Of a DNA stretch of 48,647 nt, positions 38,770 through 48,647 are shown piece by piece; the first letter of the stretch is position 1; every line of letters begins with the position of its first letter. The position numbers were made by a program, and so were the translations under genes. The DNA lies in assembly GCF_001194135.2 (NCBI RefSeq), contig NC_069007.1, forward strand, positions 984,730-1,033,376, written 5' to 3'. The notes below the pieces were generated by a model. That model was not told where the DNA came from, made no database searches, and saw only the letters and a program-made list of their open reading frames with translations. The stretch is from Octopus bimaculoides (taxonomy: Eukaryota).

Positions 38770-39243
38770 ACATGAAGAAACCTACACTGGTCCACAAGAG
38801 ATTACAATCCCAGAGCCTAAATGAGCGAGGGACCTGGGTGTTGACATGAGTGATGATACCTCTTTCCAAGTGCACATTACCAGCATAGTGACAAAGTGCA
38901 GATGACTAGCTGGATGGATCCTGAGAACGTTGAGAACCAGAAAGAAAGAAACCATGATGGTCCACTGGAGGACATCCCTCCTCAGCCGCCTGGATTACTG
39001 CTCCCAGCTACGGTCACGGGCCTTGAAGCGATCCAGCAAAGAAGATCGTCTCATTGCAACAGCTCAGCTACTGGGAAAGGCTAAAACAGCTAAGACTCTC
39101 CTCCCTGGAGCGAAGGTGGGAGAGGTATGCATCTGGAAGATCCTGGAAGCAAATTTTGTGCCAAATTTTGGCATTCAAAGCTACACCAATGCCAGAAAGG
39201 GTCGGCACTGCATAGTGCCAATGATCCCAGTAATGCCATAGGA
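38770..39243 (+). mobile_element. CR1-clade LINE RT C-terminal fragment, degraded
   Basis: RDLGVDMSDD..F.VHI..IV.KCR*LAGWILRT...LLSRLDYCSQL...SYWERLKQLRLSSLERR...IWKILE..VPNFGIQSYTNARKGRHC. Confidence 0.92.
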
Positions 39244-39284
39244 AAATTCTCGTAATTTTTGCGGTTTATACGCACCCTTACATT

Positions 39285-39545
39285 GTGCGGAGCATCATTT
39301 CGTCCGTCTTTTTATTCTGAGTTCAAGTGCCGCCGAAGTCGACTTTGTCTTTCCTCCATCCGGGGCCGAAAAATTATGTTTACGTCCCCGTTACTTAGCT
39401 GTTCAGCATAAATGAATGACAGAAACAGTACTGGGCTTCAAAGATTAAGATCTGCGGATCGACAGCTTGGAGAAGCAATTCTTCAAGGTGGTGCACCAGC
39501 ATGGCCACAGTTAGTGACTGAAACAAGTAAAATAAAACAATAAAT
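39285..39545 (+). mobile_element. SINE, apparently a family A head joined to a family B 3-prime half
   Basis: GAGTTCAAGTGCCGCCGAAGTCGACTTTG (family A) switches near 39376 to TGTTTACGTCCCCGTTACTTAGC (family B) and ends in AAGGTGGTGCACCAGCATGGCC...TGACTGAAACAAGTAAAATAAAA. Confidence 0.8.
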
Positions 39546-40720
39546 ACATTTTCCTTCATTCAACTTAATTAATCTTAATTCTTACCATATATAATTATAA
39601 GGGCAAGAGAAATAAGAAGGCTTGACATTAATGCATGCAAGGGTTCACAACATTAGGATCACTCCTTCGGGGCCAGACGAGGAACTTTTCAGCTTAATTT
39701 TCCTACATATGTGTGTGTTCGTGTATGCTTTTGTGATACGTTGCTCTGTGTGTGTCTGTGTGTTTGCGCCTGTCTATGCTTTTGTTCTGCGGTTGTATAC
39801 CTGAATGTGCGTGTATGCGTGTGTGTGCGAGCGCGTGTGCGTGAGAGAGAGAGAGACAGACAGACAGATACGGATGCAGTGAATAAGAAATAGAGAAGTG
39901 AGAGAGAGAGAGAGAATATTAGTGGATAGAAAGAGAGAGAGGAGGACGACAAAGAGAGGAGAAAGAAACAGAAAAATGTCAAATGGTTTGAAAGTGAGAT
40001 GCTGAGTTTAATTCTGTAAAGAGTGAGAGAGAAAGAGGGAGGGGGATAAAAAGAGGGAAACGGTATGAAAAGGTAGGGAGACAGAGAGAGAGAAAGAAAA
40101 AGAGATATGGAAAAGAGAAGGATAGAGAGGGAGGGGAGAGAGAGGGAAAGAGAAAATGAGACTTAAAACGCAGTGTACATGTCTGTTAGTGTGTGTGTCT
40201 GTGTGCGTGCGTGAACGTGAGTGTGTATGTGTATGTGTGAGAGAGAGAGAGGTGAAAGAGGGGAGAATAAGTATAAGCTGAATAAAATGAGTGTGTGAAT
40301 ACAGGAGAGAGAGAGGGAGAGAAAATGAGTGAGATAATTTGAATGGGTGAAGTAAAGTGTGTTTGTGAAAATTAGGGAGATGGGTGTGTATGTGTGTATG
40401 GAAATATGTAAGTGCGCTTGTGTGTGTGTGTGTTTGGTTGTACATGTTTGTGCCGTTCCCAGTGCATTTGAGAGAGTGTGTGTGTGTGTGTGTGTGTGTG
40501 TTGGGGTGGCTGTGTACGTGTCTGTGCAATTATCTGTGCGTTTGAGAGAGTGTGTGTGTGTGTGTTGGGGATGGCTGTACCATTGTCTGTATGTTTGGGA
40601 GCGTGTGAATGTGTATGTATGTGTGTGCGGTGCTTATATACGCATATGCTTCTATGACTGAGTGTGAATGTGCCTCTGAGTGTGTATGTATGTGTGTGTG
40701 TATGTGTGTANNNNNNNNNN

Positions 40721-40791
<71 letters not shown>

Positions 40792-41211
40792 TGTGTGTGT
40801 CAGCATTTGCATTATGAATATGTTCATGTGTTTGTATATGAGCCGAAAAAGTAGTTCGAAACCCCATCACGTTTGCATATTAAACTAGTGGTTGCTCTCA
40901 TAGATATGACAACCTGACAGAACACTGCGTCTGAAATTTGATTGATGGAAACTGTACGGAACCTCGGTGAGATGGAGTGTAACGCAGCGCTTACAGGAAT
41001 CTGCAAAATGAACTGGCAGCTCCAACTTGCTTGAATTATAGGAAGCTTTGCTGAGTGCAGAAATGGAACCTTTATCATCGAAACCGACAGAGAAACTAAT
41101 TCATTTATTCATAAAAAAAGGGACGATCTATCTATCTAGCTATCTATCTATCTATCTATCACCTTATCTATCTCTCCCTTTCGTGTGTAAAACACAACCT
41201 TCGATACGAAC

Positions 41212-42029
41212 ATGCTCAAAATTGGCCGTATAAATATACGTGACTTGGAAACAAAGCTACCTGTTTAACAACATCAAGTCACAGAATGTGCATATCATAG
41301 CCATCAGCGAGACCAGACTCCACAGCCCGTGGTCTCTCCAGCACATGTTCGGCGGACATTTCGAGATTTATTTTTCTCCGTGTCTGCCGAGAATAGGCGG
41401 AGGAGGTACCGCAGTGCTTCTTCGGAAGAGTCTGTACCTCAAAGTAAGAGCAATTTTCCTAGACCCGGTGGATAGGCTGGTCGTCTTGAATGTCCATGGT
41501 AGCAACGGGTGTGCTTTTCGACTGATAACAGTTTATGCACCATCCTCAACAGGCCGGGCAGATTTCTTTCGACCTCTAGAGGTTTTCCTGGGAACGTCTC
41601 GACCTTTAATTTTAGTGTGGGATTGGAACGCTGCCCTGGACACGCATCTAGACCACGTGGGAAGAGAAAGTAATAGGAGGGGATGCAAATGCCTCAAAGA
41701 CCTGCTCAGGCGTTTCCAACTGTCTCGCAGGTACCGACGCAGATTTGAAAATTTTGGCCGAGGTAATTGCCGAGAGGTTGACGCTTGTCATCGAGAAACT
41801 AGTCGACAAGGCGCAAACGTGCGCCGTGCCGGGTAGGAGTATCCATGACAACCTCCATCTGATGCGCTACATCATAGAGAGGGCAGTTAAGGAACCTAGC
41901 ATGGGTGGGGCGCTGATCAATCTGGATCAGTCAAAAGCTTTCGATAGGGTAACTTATCACTACTTGGATGCTGTCCTTAGAGAAGCTGGTTTCGGTCCCA
42001 TCTCCAGCGGTTGGATCACTGCCTTATAC
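41212..42029 (+). mobile_element. L1/Tx1-clade LINE ORF2 fragment: APE joined by an internal deletion to RT, 3-prime truncated
   Basis: ATG at 41212 (MLKIGRINIR). APE motifs IIAISETRL, GGGTAVLLRK, LITVYAP and LVWDWNAALD. From about 41737, DADLKILAEVIAERL...QTCAVPGRSIHDNLHL...ALINLDQSKAFDRV (RT). Ends in (TAC)n at 42027-42041. Confidence 0.95.
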
Positions 42030-42359
42030 TACTACTACTACATGTTCCTCAATATTTTCTCTTTTACTTCTACCGCTGATTGTGCCACTGTTTCTCTTGG
42101 CATGCTTCCACTCTCACATACTGTGTTTCCCCTTCATCCTGGTCATTGCACCGAAATTGCCTTAGACCCTCTGGCCGACAACTGATGGCGATATGTCGTC
42201 CTTCTGTGTCTGCTGTCCATTTGTTTGGTCATTTATTATATTATATTTTTTAAAAAATGTTATTATAAATAAAATACTCCTGGAAGACGCTAAGTAATGA
42301 GTCGGAAGTCATCGCGTTGGGCACTTTGTTCGACGCTCTAAAAAAAAGAATAAAGGGTC

Positions 42360-42500
42360 CAAACTTTGGCATAACGCTAGCAATTTCGGGAGAAGGGTTA
42401 AGTTGATTGGAGTGACCCCATTGCTCAACTGATACTTCATTTAATTGACCCTGAAAGATAAAAGGCAAAGTCGACTCTGATGGCAATTGAACTCAGAACG
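42360..42500 (-). mobile_element. SINE family A, 5-prime truncated
   Basis: CAACTGATACTTCATTTAATTGACCCTGAAAGATAAAAGGCAAAGTCGACTC...AATTGAACTCAGAACG. Confidence 0.75.
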
Positions 42501-43699
42501 CTAGTTTTCTATGTAGAACAAGATTGAGTCCAAATCGAATTGAATATTCATATCGTTTTCTTTTCAAATTAAATTTATAGATACATAAGTGCAGTTTGTT
42601 TCGCTCTTATGACCTCATAAAAAAAAAAAATTACCATATTTTACTTCATTCCAAAAAGTGTAATTCTGCAATAATCAATCCATTATTTTTAGTGAAATTT
42701 ATCAAAAATTATTCTCTTTCTACTTTTCTCTCTTCCTCTCTAAACACACATTCACTCACACATACAAACACACACTGACACACGCATATATACTTATATA
42801 TGCATATACAGATATATATGTGTGTATGCAAGCATGTTTGTATGTATATATGTATATATTTATATGTGTGTGTGTACATATACATATATTCATATATGCA
42901 CACACACACACACACACCACCCCACCCGCATACACACATATATATGGAAACTTAGTTCTTCTGTATCAAATCCGGTTCTTAACAGTGCAGACAGACGCTA
43001 ATCTTCTCGAATTATCTTGGATTATATTTGATTATCTCCCATGATGTTTAATAACACAAGATGCAAATATGTTAATGTTGCTGTCGAGTGTGGAGTCGCA
43101 GCAGCACCTGCAGCAGTAGTGGTGGTCGTGTTGGTGGTCATGGTTGTAGTACTAGCAATTTTAGTAGTAGTAACAGTAACAGTCGGTTAGTAGCTACATT
43201 TGTACTAGTTGAGGTGTTAGTAATAGTAGCAACAGCAGTACTACAACCATCACTACCAGCACGACCACTATAGCAATAGATTCTTCTTCACGAGAAAGCG
43301 GTGCACTTCATCAGCTCCAAGGCCGCCCTTAGGATGTAAATAGGCCCATAAGGGTTTCTCGTCCCACCTACTTCTTTATCCTTTTGTATTAGCTTTGTCC
43401 TTTTTTCTTGGTGTTTATTTTGATTTATGTTAGAATCAAAAATAATTATTATTTTCTATATGGTTATCACGAAACGGTTGTATATATCTGTGCATATTTG
43501 TGAGATTTTCAAACCATAGTCCCTTAGAATCATCTGATCCAGGGGCTTTCTATTTGGTATTTTTTTAGTACCCTTTTCCCTTGCCCTTCTGTAATATTTA
43601 TATTCCATATCTGCCCCCTCCCCCAGAATCGCGGGCTTTGTGCCTAGAATAGAAAAGAATATTTATATTCCATCCCTTTGATATGTTTTGAATTTCCAG

Positions 43700-44480
43700 A
43701 ACCAATCGCTTTTGGCATCATGTTGAAATTCTTTCCTCTAAATATCTGACCAAATGCTTCTTCCTGCTTCAGTATTTAACACGTCCTTCCCTTGATGTTT
43801 CTCCCCGTTTTTCAGCCGGTCTGGAAGCCTATTCTACTTATTCTGGTTTATCCTTTGTTGGTACCGAATATCACATCTTTGTTTTATTTTGGGTGGGTGC
43901 GTGCATTTTGTCTTAATTTGCTTGTCTAATCTTATCCGTAGTTACCTGTAGTCCTCTGTTTCTAATAATATTCTTACTTTCACCATATTCTTCCAATAAA
44001 CTGAGCTGTTCAAATTCATTCTCGAGTTCCTATTTCCACCATAGGGTTTTACTCCAAATTTCTGCTTCATTTTTAACTCCAAGAATTTCTACGGAAACCG
44101 AGCTTTCGCAATATATGTGACCATTTATATATATTATATTTTCAACTTTGGTTTTCTTTAATAGCTTATCCATCCTCTTTACTACTTTGTACCGTTCTTC
44201 ACTTTCGATTTTCTTCAAAGCTTGGAGTCTTTTTCTATCAATAATTCCTGTACCGTTCAAAGGTTGAACTAAGCTCCTTTCCAATTTCGTGTTATCTATT
44301 CCCTTTATGAAGTAAACCTTGTTCATCCACTCTCGACTTCTTCTTACCTTCTGATGATTCATTGTTCATTCTCCTATTTCATGTACAATTTTCCGTCGTA
44401 TATATCCATTTTCTCCATTTACCGCTGATTTGCAGAAGTCAACCATCACCAACAGGGTCAGTCCTTGTCTTGTTCATGAT
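43700..44480 (-). mobile_element. RTE/BovB-like LINE inter-domain (EN-RT linker) fragment, degraded
   Basis: The minus translation IIDRKR...EERYKVVKR...KKTK...C....AE and GKDVLNTE...IWSDI resembles the linker pattern LIEERR..RY...RxDK..C and KDxxGxLLT..E...RWxEYF. Confidence 0.45.
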
Positions 44481-45048
44481 TTGAAGCGAAGTTCAGGGGT
44501 AAGGGTGAGCTTTCTCATCAACTCTAACTGTATTCACCGTATCCTACAAGGTGTCGTAATATTGAAGAGCATAGGCTCGAAACGTTAATATGGTGGCGAA
44601 CAGAAAACACAAGAAAATGAAACAGTGAAAATAAACAAGAAGGGCGATAAGACAAAACGCGAAAAAAAAAAATATGTATACTGAATGCTGTGATGTGACG
44701 AACTGAAAGGAAGAGAGAAGAAGAAAGTTGGAGCGAGCTTGGCAGTGGCCAAGATAAGAAAGGACGTAGTAGCCGGACACAGGTGACCAGCGAGGGGTAA
44801 GGAAAAAGAGTGGTAGAGAGAGAAAAAAGGGGTGGAAGTAGAATATAGGTGAGCAACGAGAGGCAGGGAGGAAGAGAGAGATATAGTAGTGAAGGGGAGA
44901 GGCGAAGAACAACAGAAGGAAGATTGAGAGGGGGAGGGAGATACAAAGATAGATAGAGTTGCGTCAGAAATATAAAGTTAAAACTTACTAGCAAAGATGA
45001 CGTATATATATATATATATGATGATGTATATATATATATATATACATA

Positions 45049-45217
45049 GGCGCAGGAGAGGCTGCGTCGCAAGAAGCTTGCTTACCAAGCATATGGATCC
45101 AGGTTCAGTCTGCGTGACACCTTGATCAAATGTCTTCTACTATAACCTCGAGCTGACCGAAGCCTTGTGAGTGGATTTGGTAGATGGAAACTGAAAGAAG
45201 CCCGTCGTGTATATATA
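45049..45217 (+). mobile_element. SINE family B (CORE-like) 5-prime half running into its internal microsatellite
   Basis: GGCGCAGGAG...GCTTGCTTACCAA...CAGGTTCAGTC (tRNA-like head), GTGACACCTTGATCAAATGTCTT (CORE-like), GAAACTGAAAGAAGCCCGTCG, then (TA)n and a gap. Confidence 0.9.
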
Positions 45218-47093
45218 NNNNNNNNNNNNNNNNNNNNNNNNNNNNNNNNNNNNNNNNNNNNNNNNNNNNNNNNNNNNNNNNNNNNNNNNNNNNNNNNNNN
45301 NNNNNNNNNNNNNNNNNNNNNNNNNNNNNNNNNNNNNNNNNNNNNNNNNNNNNNNNNNNNNNNNNNNNNNNNNNNNNNNNNNNNNNNNNNNNNNNNNNNN
45401 NNNNNNNNNNNNNNNNNNNNNNNNNNNNNNNNNNNNNNNNNNNNNNNNNNNNNNNNNNNNNNNNNNNNNNNNNNNNNNNNNNNNNNNNNNNNNNNNNNNN
45501 NNNNNNNNTATATATATATATATATTAATGTGTGTGTGTATTAATATATATATACATATATATCTACACACACACATATATATATATACATACACACATG
45601 TATATATTCACATATATGTACACATACATTATATATACATATATTCATGTCTGTGTGTGTTTATAGATATAAATATGGTTGTACATATTTACTCGTATAT
45701 ACAAAGAAATAGTATCACATGTATTTCCTATACTCTTATATAAGTGTATATACAAATGGAAGCTCATATAACTTCTTATCTATTTGTCGTTATCTATCTA
45801 TATCTATTTATCATTGGATGTATTTAAATATGCACACACACTTGAGTATACATACGTGTACACATTCATTCATATACGCATAAACCTATAAGTAAGTGTA
45901 TATATATATACATGTGTGTGTAGCTCGATGGATATACAGACAGGTGCATGAACACACATACATATACATATATATGCATTTTATTGTGTTTATGAAATAT
46001 ATATATATAAATATATGTGCGGTTGTGCGTGTATATATAGGTATTTGTTTGCATACACACACACTTCCATACACAGATCTGCGAATGAAAGAAGCAATAT
46101 GTTAGCCATAATATATGAATGACAGACGGTTTCTCTCCATTTATCACTGAAACTACATAGCCATGGGAACATACAGCAGACACCGGGGCGACCACATAGC
46201 TATACAATGTTTTCCGAAACTATATCATCTTCACAAAAAACAATTACAACAATACTGAGGTCAAGGAGGTGAATAGTTTCCTTCCACCAACACAACCACC
46301 CAACGTCAACGCCACTTCTAGCCAAATACGTTAGTGGCAGTAATTTTTTAAAAAAGAAATGGTGTAAACTATACATCATGGAGAGATTAGTGAATATTGA
46401 AGGTGAAGGTTTAATTGTTGATGGAGCTTTTGTTAGCGAATGTGTGCAAGTATGGATGTCTGTCATAATGCGTGTATATGTGTGCGTGCGTGTGCGTATG
46501 TGTTAAAATAATGTGTGTAATGGACAAATATAGAGATTGAATGCTAGAGTGTATACAGAGATAGGGAGTGTGACAGTGACTTTGTATGAGGGGGCAAAAG
46601 TTAGAGGAAGTGATATTGAGAAGGATTGTGTGTGAAATTGCGTTGGTGAACGAGGTTATGTGAATGTGTAACAAATGTTACGTGTGTGTGTGTCAGGGTT
46701 TGTGTGTGTATATGTGTGTGTGAACGAGGATGAGTAAGAGCGAGTGTGAGGACGATGTGATATAGTGAGGTAAGATAATAAAGTGTGGAGGAGGGAGATT
46801 GCGAACGTATGTGAGTGTTTATGGGCGAAAGGTGTTATACGACACCTGGTGTTAAGAACTATGACATGATAGGTGTTAGGAGAGCTGGTATTGTAGCCAA
46901 CATTTCGACAAATAGGAAACAAAATAAATGCCATTGCTATGAAAACTATTTCCTCCCTACCTGGGATTTTCCGATGGAGTCCTGCGGGTGCCGTCTTGGA
47001 AATTTTTGTAACAAAAAATACGAAGTACGAGAACATGGAACATGAACCATTCTTTCGAACAACGAAATACACAAATGCAAAACAAAACAAAGA

Positions 47094-47296
47094 GTCTGTG
47101 TTTGCCCTCACCACTAAGGCTTCACAACCGATATTGGTGTGTGTATGACCACGTAACTTAACGGTTCAGCAAAAGCGGCCGATCGAATAAGTACTAAGCT
47201 TACAAAGAATAAGTCCTCGGGTCGATTTGTTCGACTGAAGGCGGTGCTCCAGCATGACCGCCGTGAAATGACGTAAACAAATACTAGAATAAAAGG
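47094..47296 (+). mobile_element. SINE family B 3-prime half
   Basis: GTCTGTGTTTGCCCTC...ACAACCGATATTGGTGTG...GTAACTTAACGGTTCAGCAAAAG...GAATAAGTACTAAGCTTACAAAGAATAAGTCC...AAGGCGGTGCTCCAGCATG. Confidence 0.85.
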
Positions 47297-47317
47297 AAGA
47301 ATAGGATATATATGTAT

Positions 47318-47355
<38 letters not shown>

Positions 47356-47385
47356 NNNNNNNNNNNNNNNNNNNNNNNNNNNNNN

Positions 47386-47416
<31 letters not shown>

Positions 47417-48231
47417 ATCACACACACATACACACACACACATACACACACATACATATATATCATATGTTTATGTACATTCGTAATTCCTGAATTCAGA
47501 CCCAAGATATGTTCCAAGTTGTTTACACGGCCAAACATTTAAGCATTGTTTATGAGATCGGGTATCAGATTAATATCATTGGGGGGAAATGTTTTTAAAC
47601 AAACACATTAATTAATAAAAACTGGCGTAGATTAATTAGTAGACAACAGTGTTTCCAGAGCGTTATCTTTTTTCCTGATTATGTCCACAGACTGGGGATG
47701 AAAGTGGCCACCATGTTAACGTTTAGTTCTTCACTGCATTCTTGGTGATGCTTTAGAGTGATGAAAGGATAAACATCAACATCATTGCACAAGGAAAACG
47801 GAAAAGATAACACCAGATATCCCGTCTGACATTCTAATAAACAGTTGCTCCATTCCACTGACCTTGGTTGAGAGAGGGAACGAGAATCATTCTTAACCAA
47901 CGCTCTAACGACTTTGCTGATTACAAATTGGGGCAGCCGATTCTATTGAGCCAAACTAAATTCACAAGACTTCCAATTGTAGCGAGCCCCGATACTCTCT
48001 CCCCAAACCGTTAAATATTTGCGAAAAAGGAATCTGCTTATTCTCACAGAATCGACATGAGCCATGCATATGTACCGCTTGTGCAATGAAACGAAATACT
48101 AAACTGCCAGAAGTACACTTTGTAGCCATATAAATCTGCGACATTCACATTTGCTATCACTTGGTCTCGACATGTAACATTCACAAGAGGACACACGTAC
48201 GACAACCACCTAGTAATCATTTCTTACTCTA

Positions 48232-48310
48232 GGCATAAGGCCCGATATTCTTTTTGGAGACGGGGGCCAATCGATTAGATCAACTCCACTACGCAACTGG
48301 TACTTAATTT
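48232..48310 (-). mobile_element. SINE family A 3-prime fragment
   Basis: AGGCATAAGGCC...GGGG..AATCGATTAGATCAACTCCACTACGCAACTGGTACTTAATTT. Confidence 0.65.
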
Positions 48311-48463
48311 CTCGTGTGCGCGCTTGTGCGTGTCCGTTTGTGCTCGTGTGAGATAGACAGAGATACATATATGTACATCTGTGTATGTATATCAAGACAT
48401 ATACATACATATAAAAATGGATCCCTCTCTCTCACTCTCTTTCACTTTCTTTCTCTCTGTATA

Positions 48464-48499
<36 letters not shown>

Positions 48500-48544
48500 T
48501 ATATATACAGATGCTTTGGATTTAAAAAAAAAAATCAAACTTAC

Positions 48545-48637
48545 CGCCAGGTTATTCTGACATTTGAGCTGGCTGACTCAGGAATTATGGGATTGCTCTG
48601 GTTTGGGTCAGAAAGTGGAACGAGGTGAGCAACGATT
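48545..48637 (-). CDS. candidate 93-nt coding exon of an unidentified gene
   Basis: Consensus donor CG|gtaagt followed by a T-rich intron start. Putative acceptor gtag at 48638; its pyrimidine tract would lie outside the window. The symmetric phase 2-2 frame IVAHLVPLSDPNQSNPIIPESASSNVRITW is open. A competing plus-strand exon 48551-48624 (cag ... gtgagc) has an A-rich, poor acceptor tract. Confidence 0.35.
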
Positions 48638-48647
48638 CTACCTTAAC

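Larger units (their letters stand above)
5946..47385. other. 13 assembly gaps (N runs, about 3573 nt in total)
   Basis: N runs at 5946-5955, 9567-9675, 11331-11495, 12817-13175, 15496-15738, 20447-21220, 22404-22630, 25902-26148, 27663-28464, 29404-29709, 40711-40720, 45218-45508 and 47356-47385. Nearly all abut simple repeats. Confidence 0.99.

Noticed and set aside
4712-45130. tRNA-like A and B boxes
   Set aside because: All belong to SINE heads. None folds as a complete cloverleaf, so no tRNA gene is called.
46950-47000. Minus-strand donor CAG|gtaggg with a 34-nt exon candidate
   Set aside because: The acceptor tract is interrupted by an A run, the donor is weak, and its phase does not chain with the next candidate.
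1368-47542. Long ORFs in the supplied track rich in CV, HT, YI, SL or X (for example 20220-21305, 26511-28517, 29383-30429)
   Set aside because: They are translations of dinucleotide or triplet repeats and N gaps, which lack stop codons by composition.
1-48647. CRISPR array, Fanzor/TnpB, rRNA or bacterial contamination
   Set aside because: I saw no regularly spaced repeat-spacer array, no RuvC or zinc-ribbon motif set, no rRNA-like segment and no gene-dense region.

Overview
Repeat-dense, AT-rich animal genomic DNA. The SINE families and extreme microsatellite load fit a coleoid cephalopod, most likely Octopus; this is inferred from recalled family sequences, not from a search. It is a draft assembly with 13 N gaps (about 3.6 kb), nearly all bounded by microsatellites. 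I find no intact protein-coding gene: almost every ORF in the supplied track is a translation of (CA)n, (TA)n, (GA)n, triplet repeats or N runs. The window reads as a very long intron or an intergenic region. It holds about 15 copies or fragments of tRNA-derived SINEs and degraded LINE pieces (RTE, CR1, L1/Tx1, a HERO-type restriction-like endonuclease, probable Penelope-like RT and GIY-YIG relics). It also holds a hAT MITE, a 98-bp-arm foldback and several isolated short exon candidates on both strands. The most notable signal is a minimal type I hammerhead ribozyme motif with a palindromic helix III at 38444-38488 (minus), plus three weaker hammerhead-like relics. This points to Penelope- or retrozyme-like self-cleaving elements. 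All calls are by eye and need computational confirmation.
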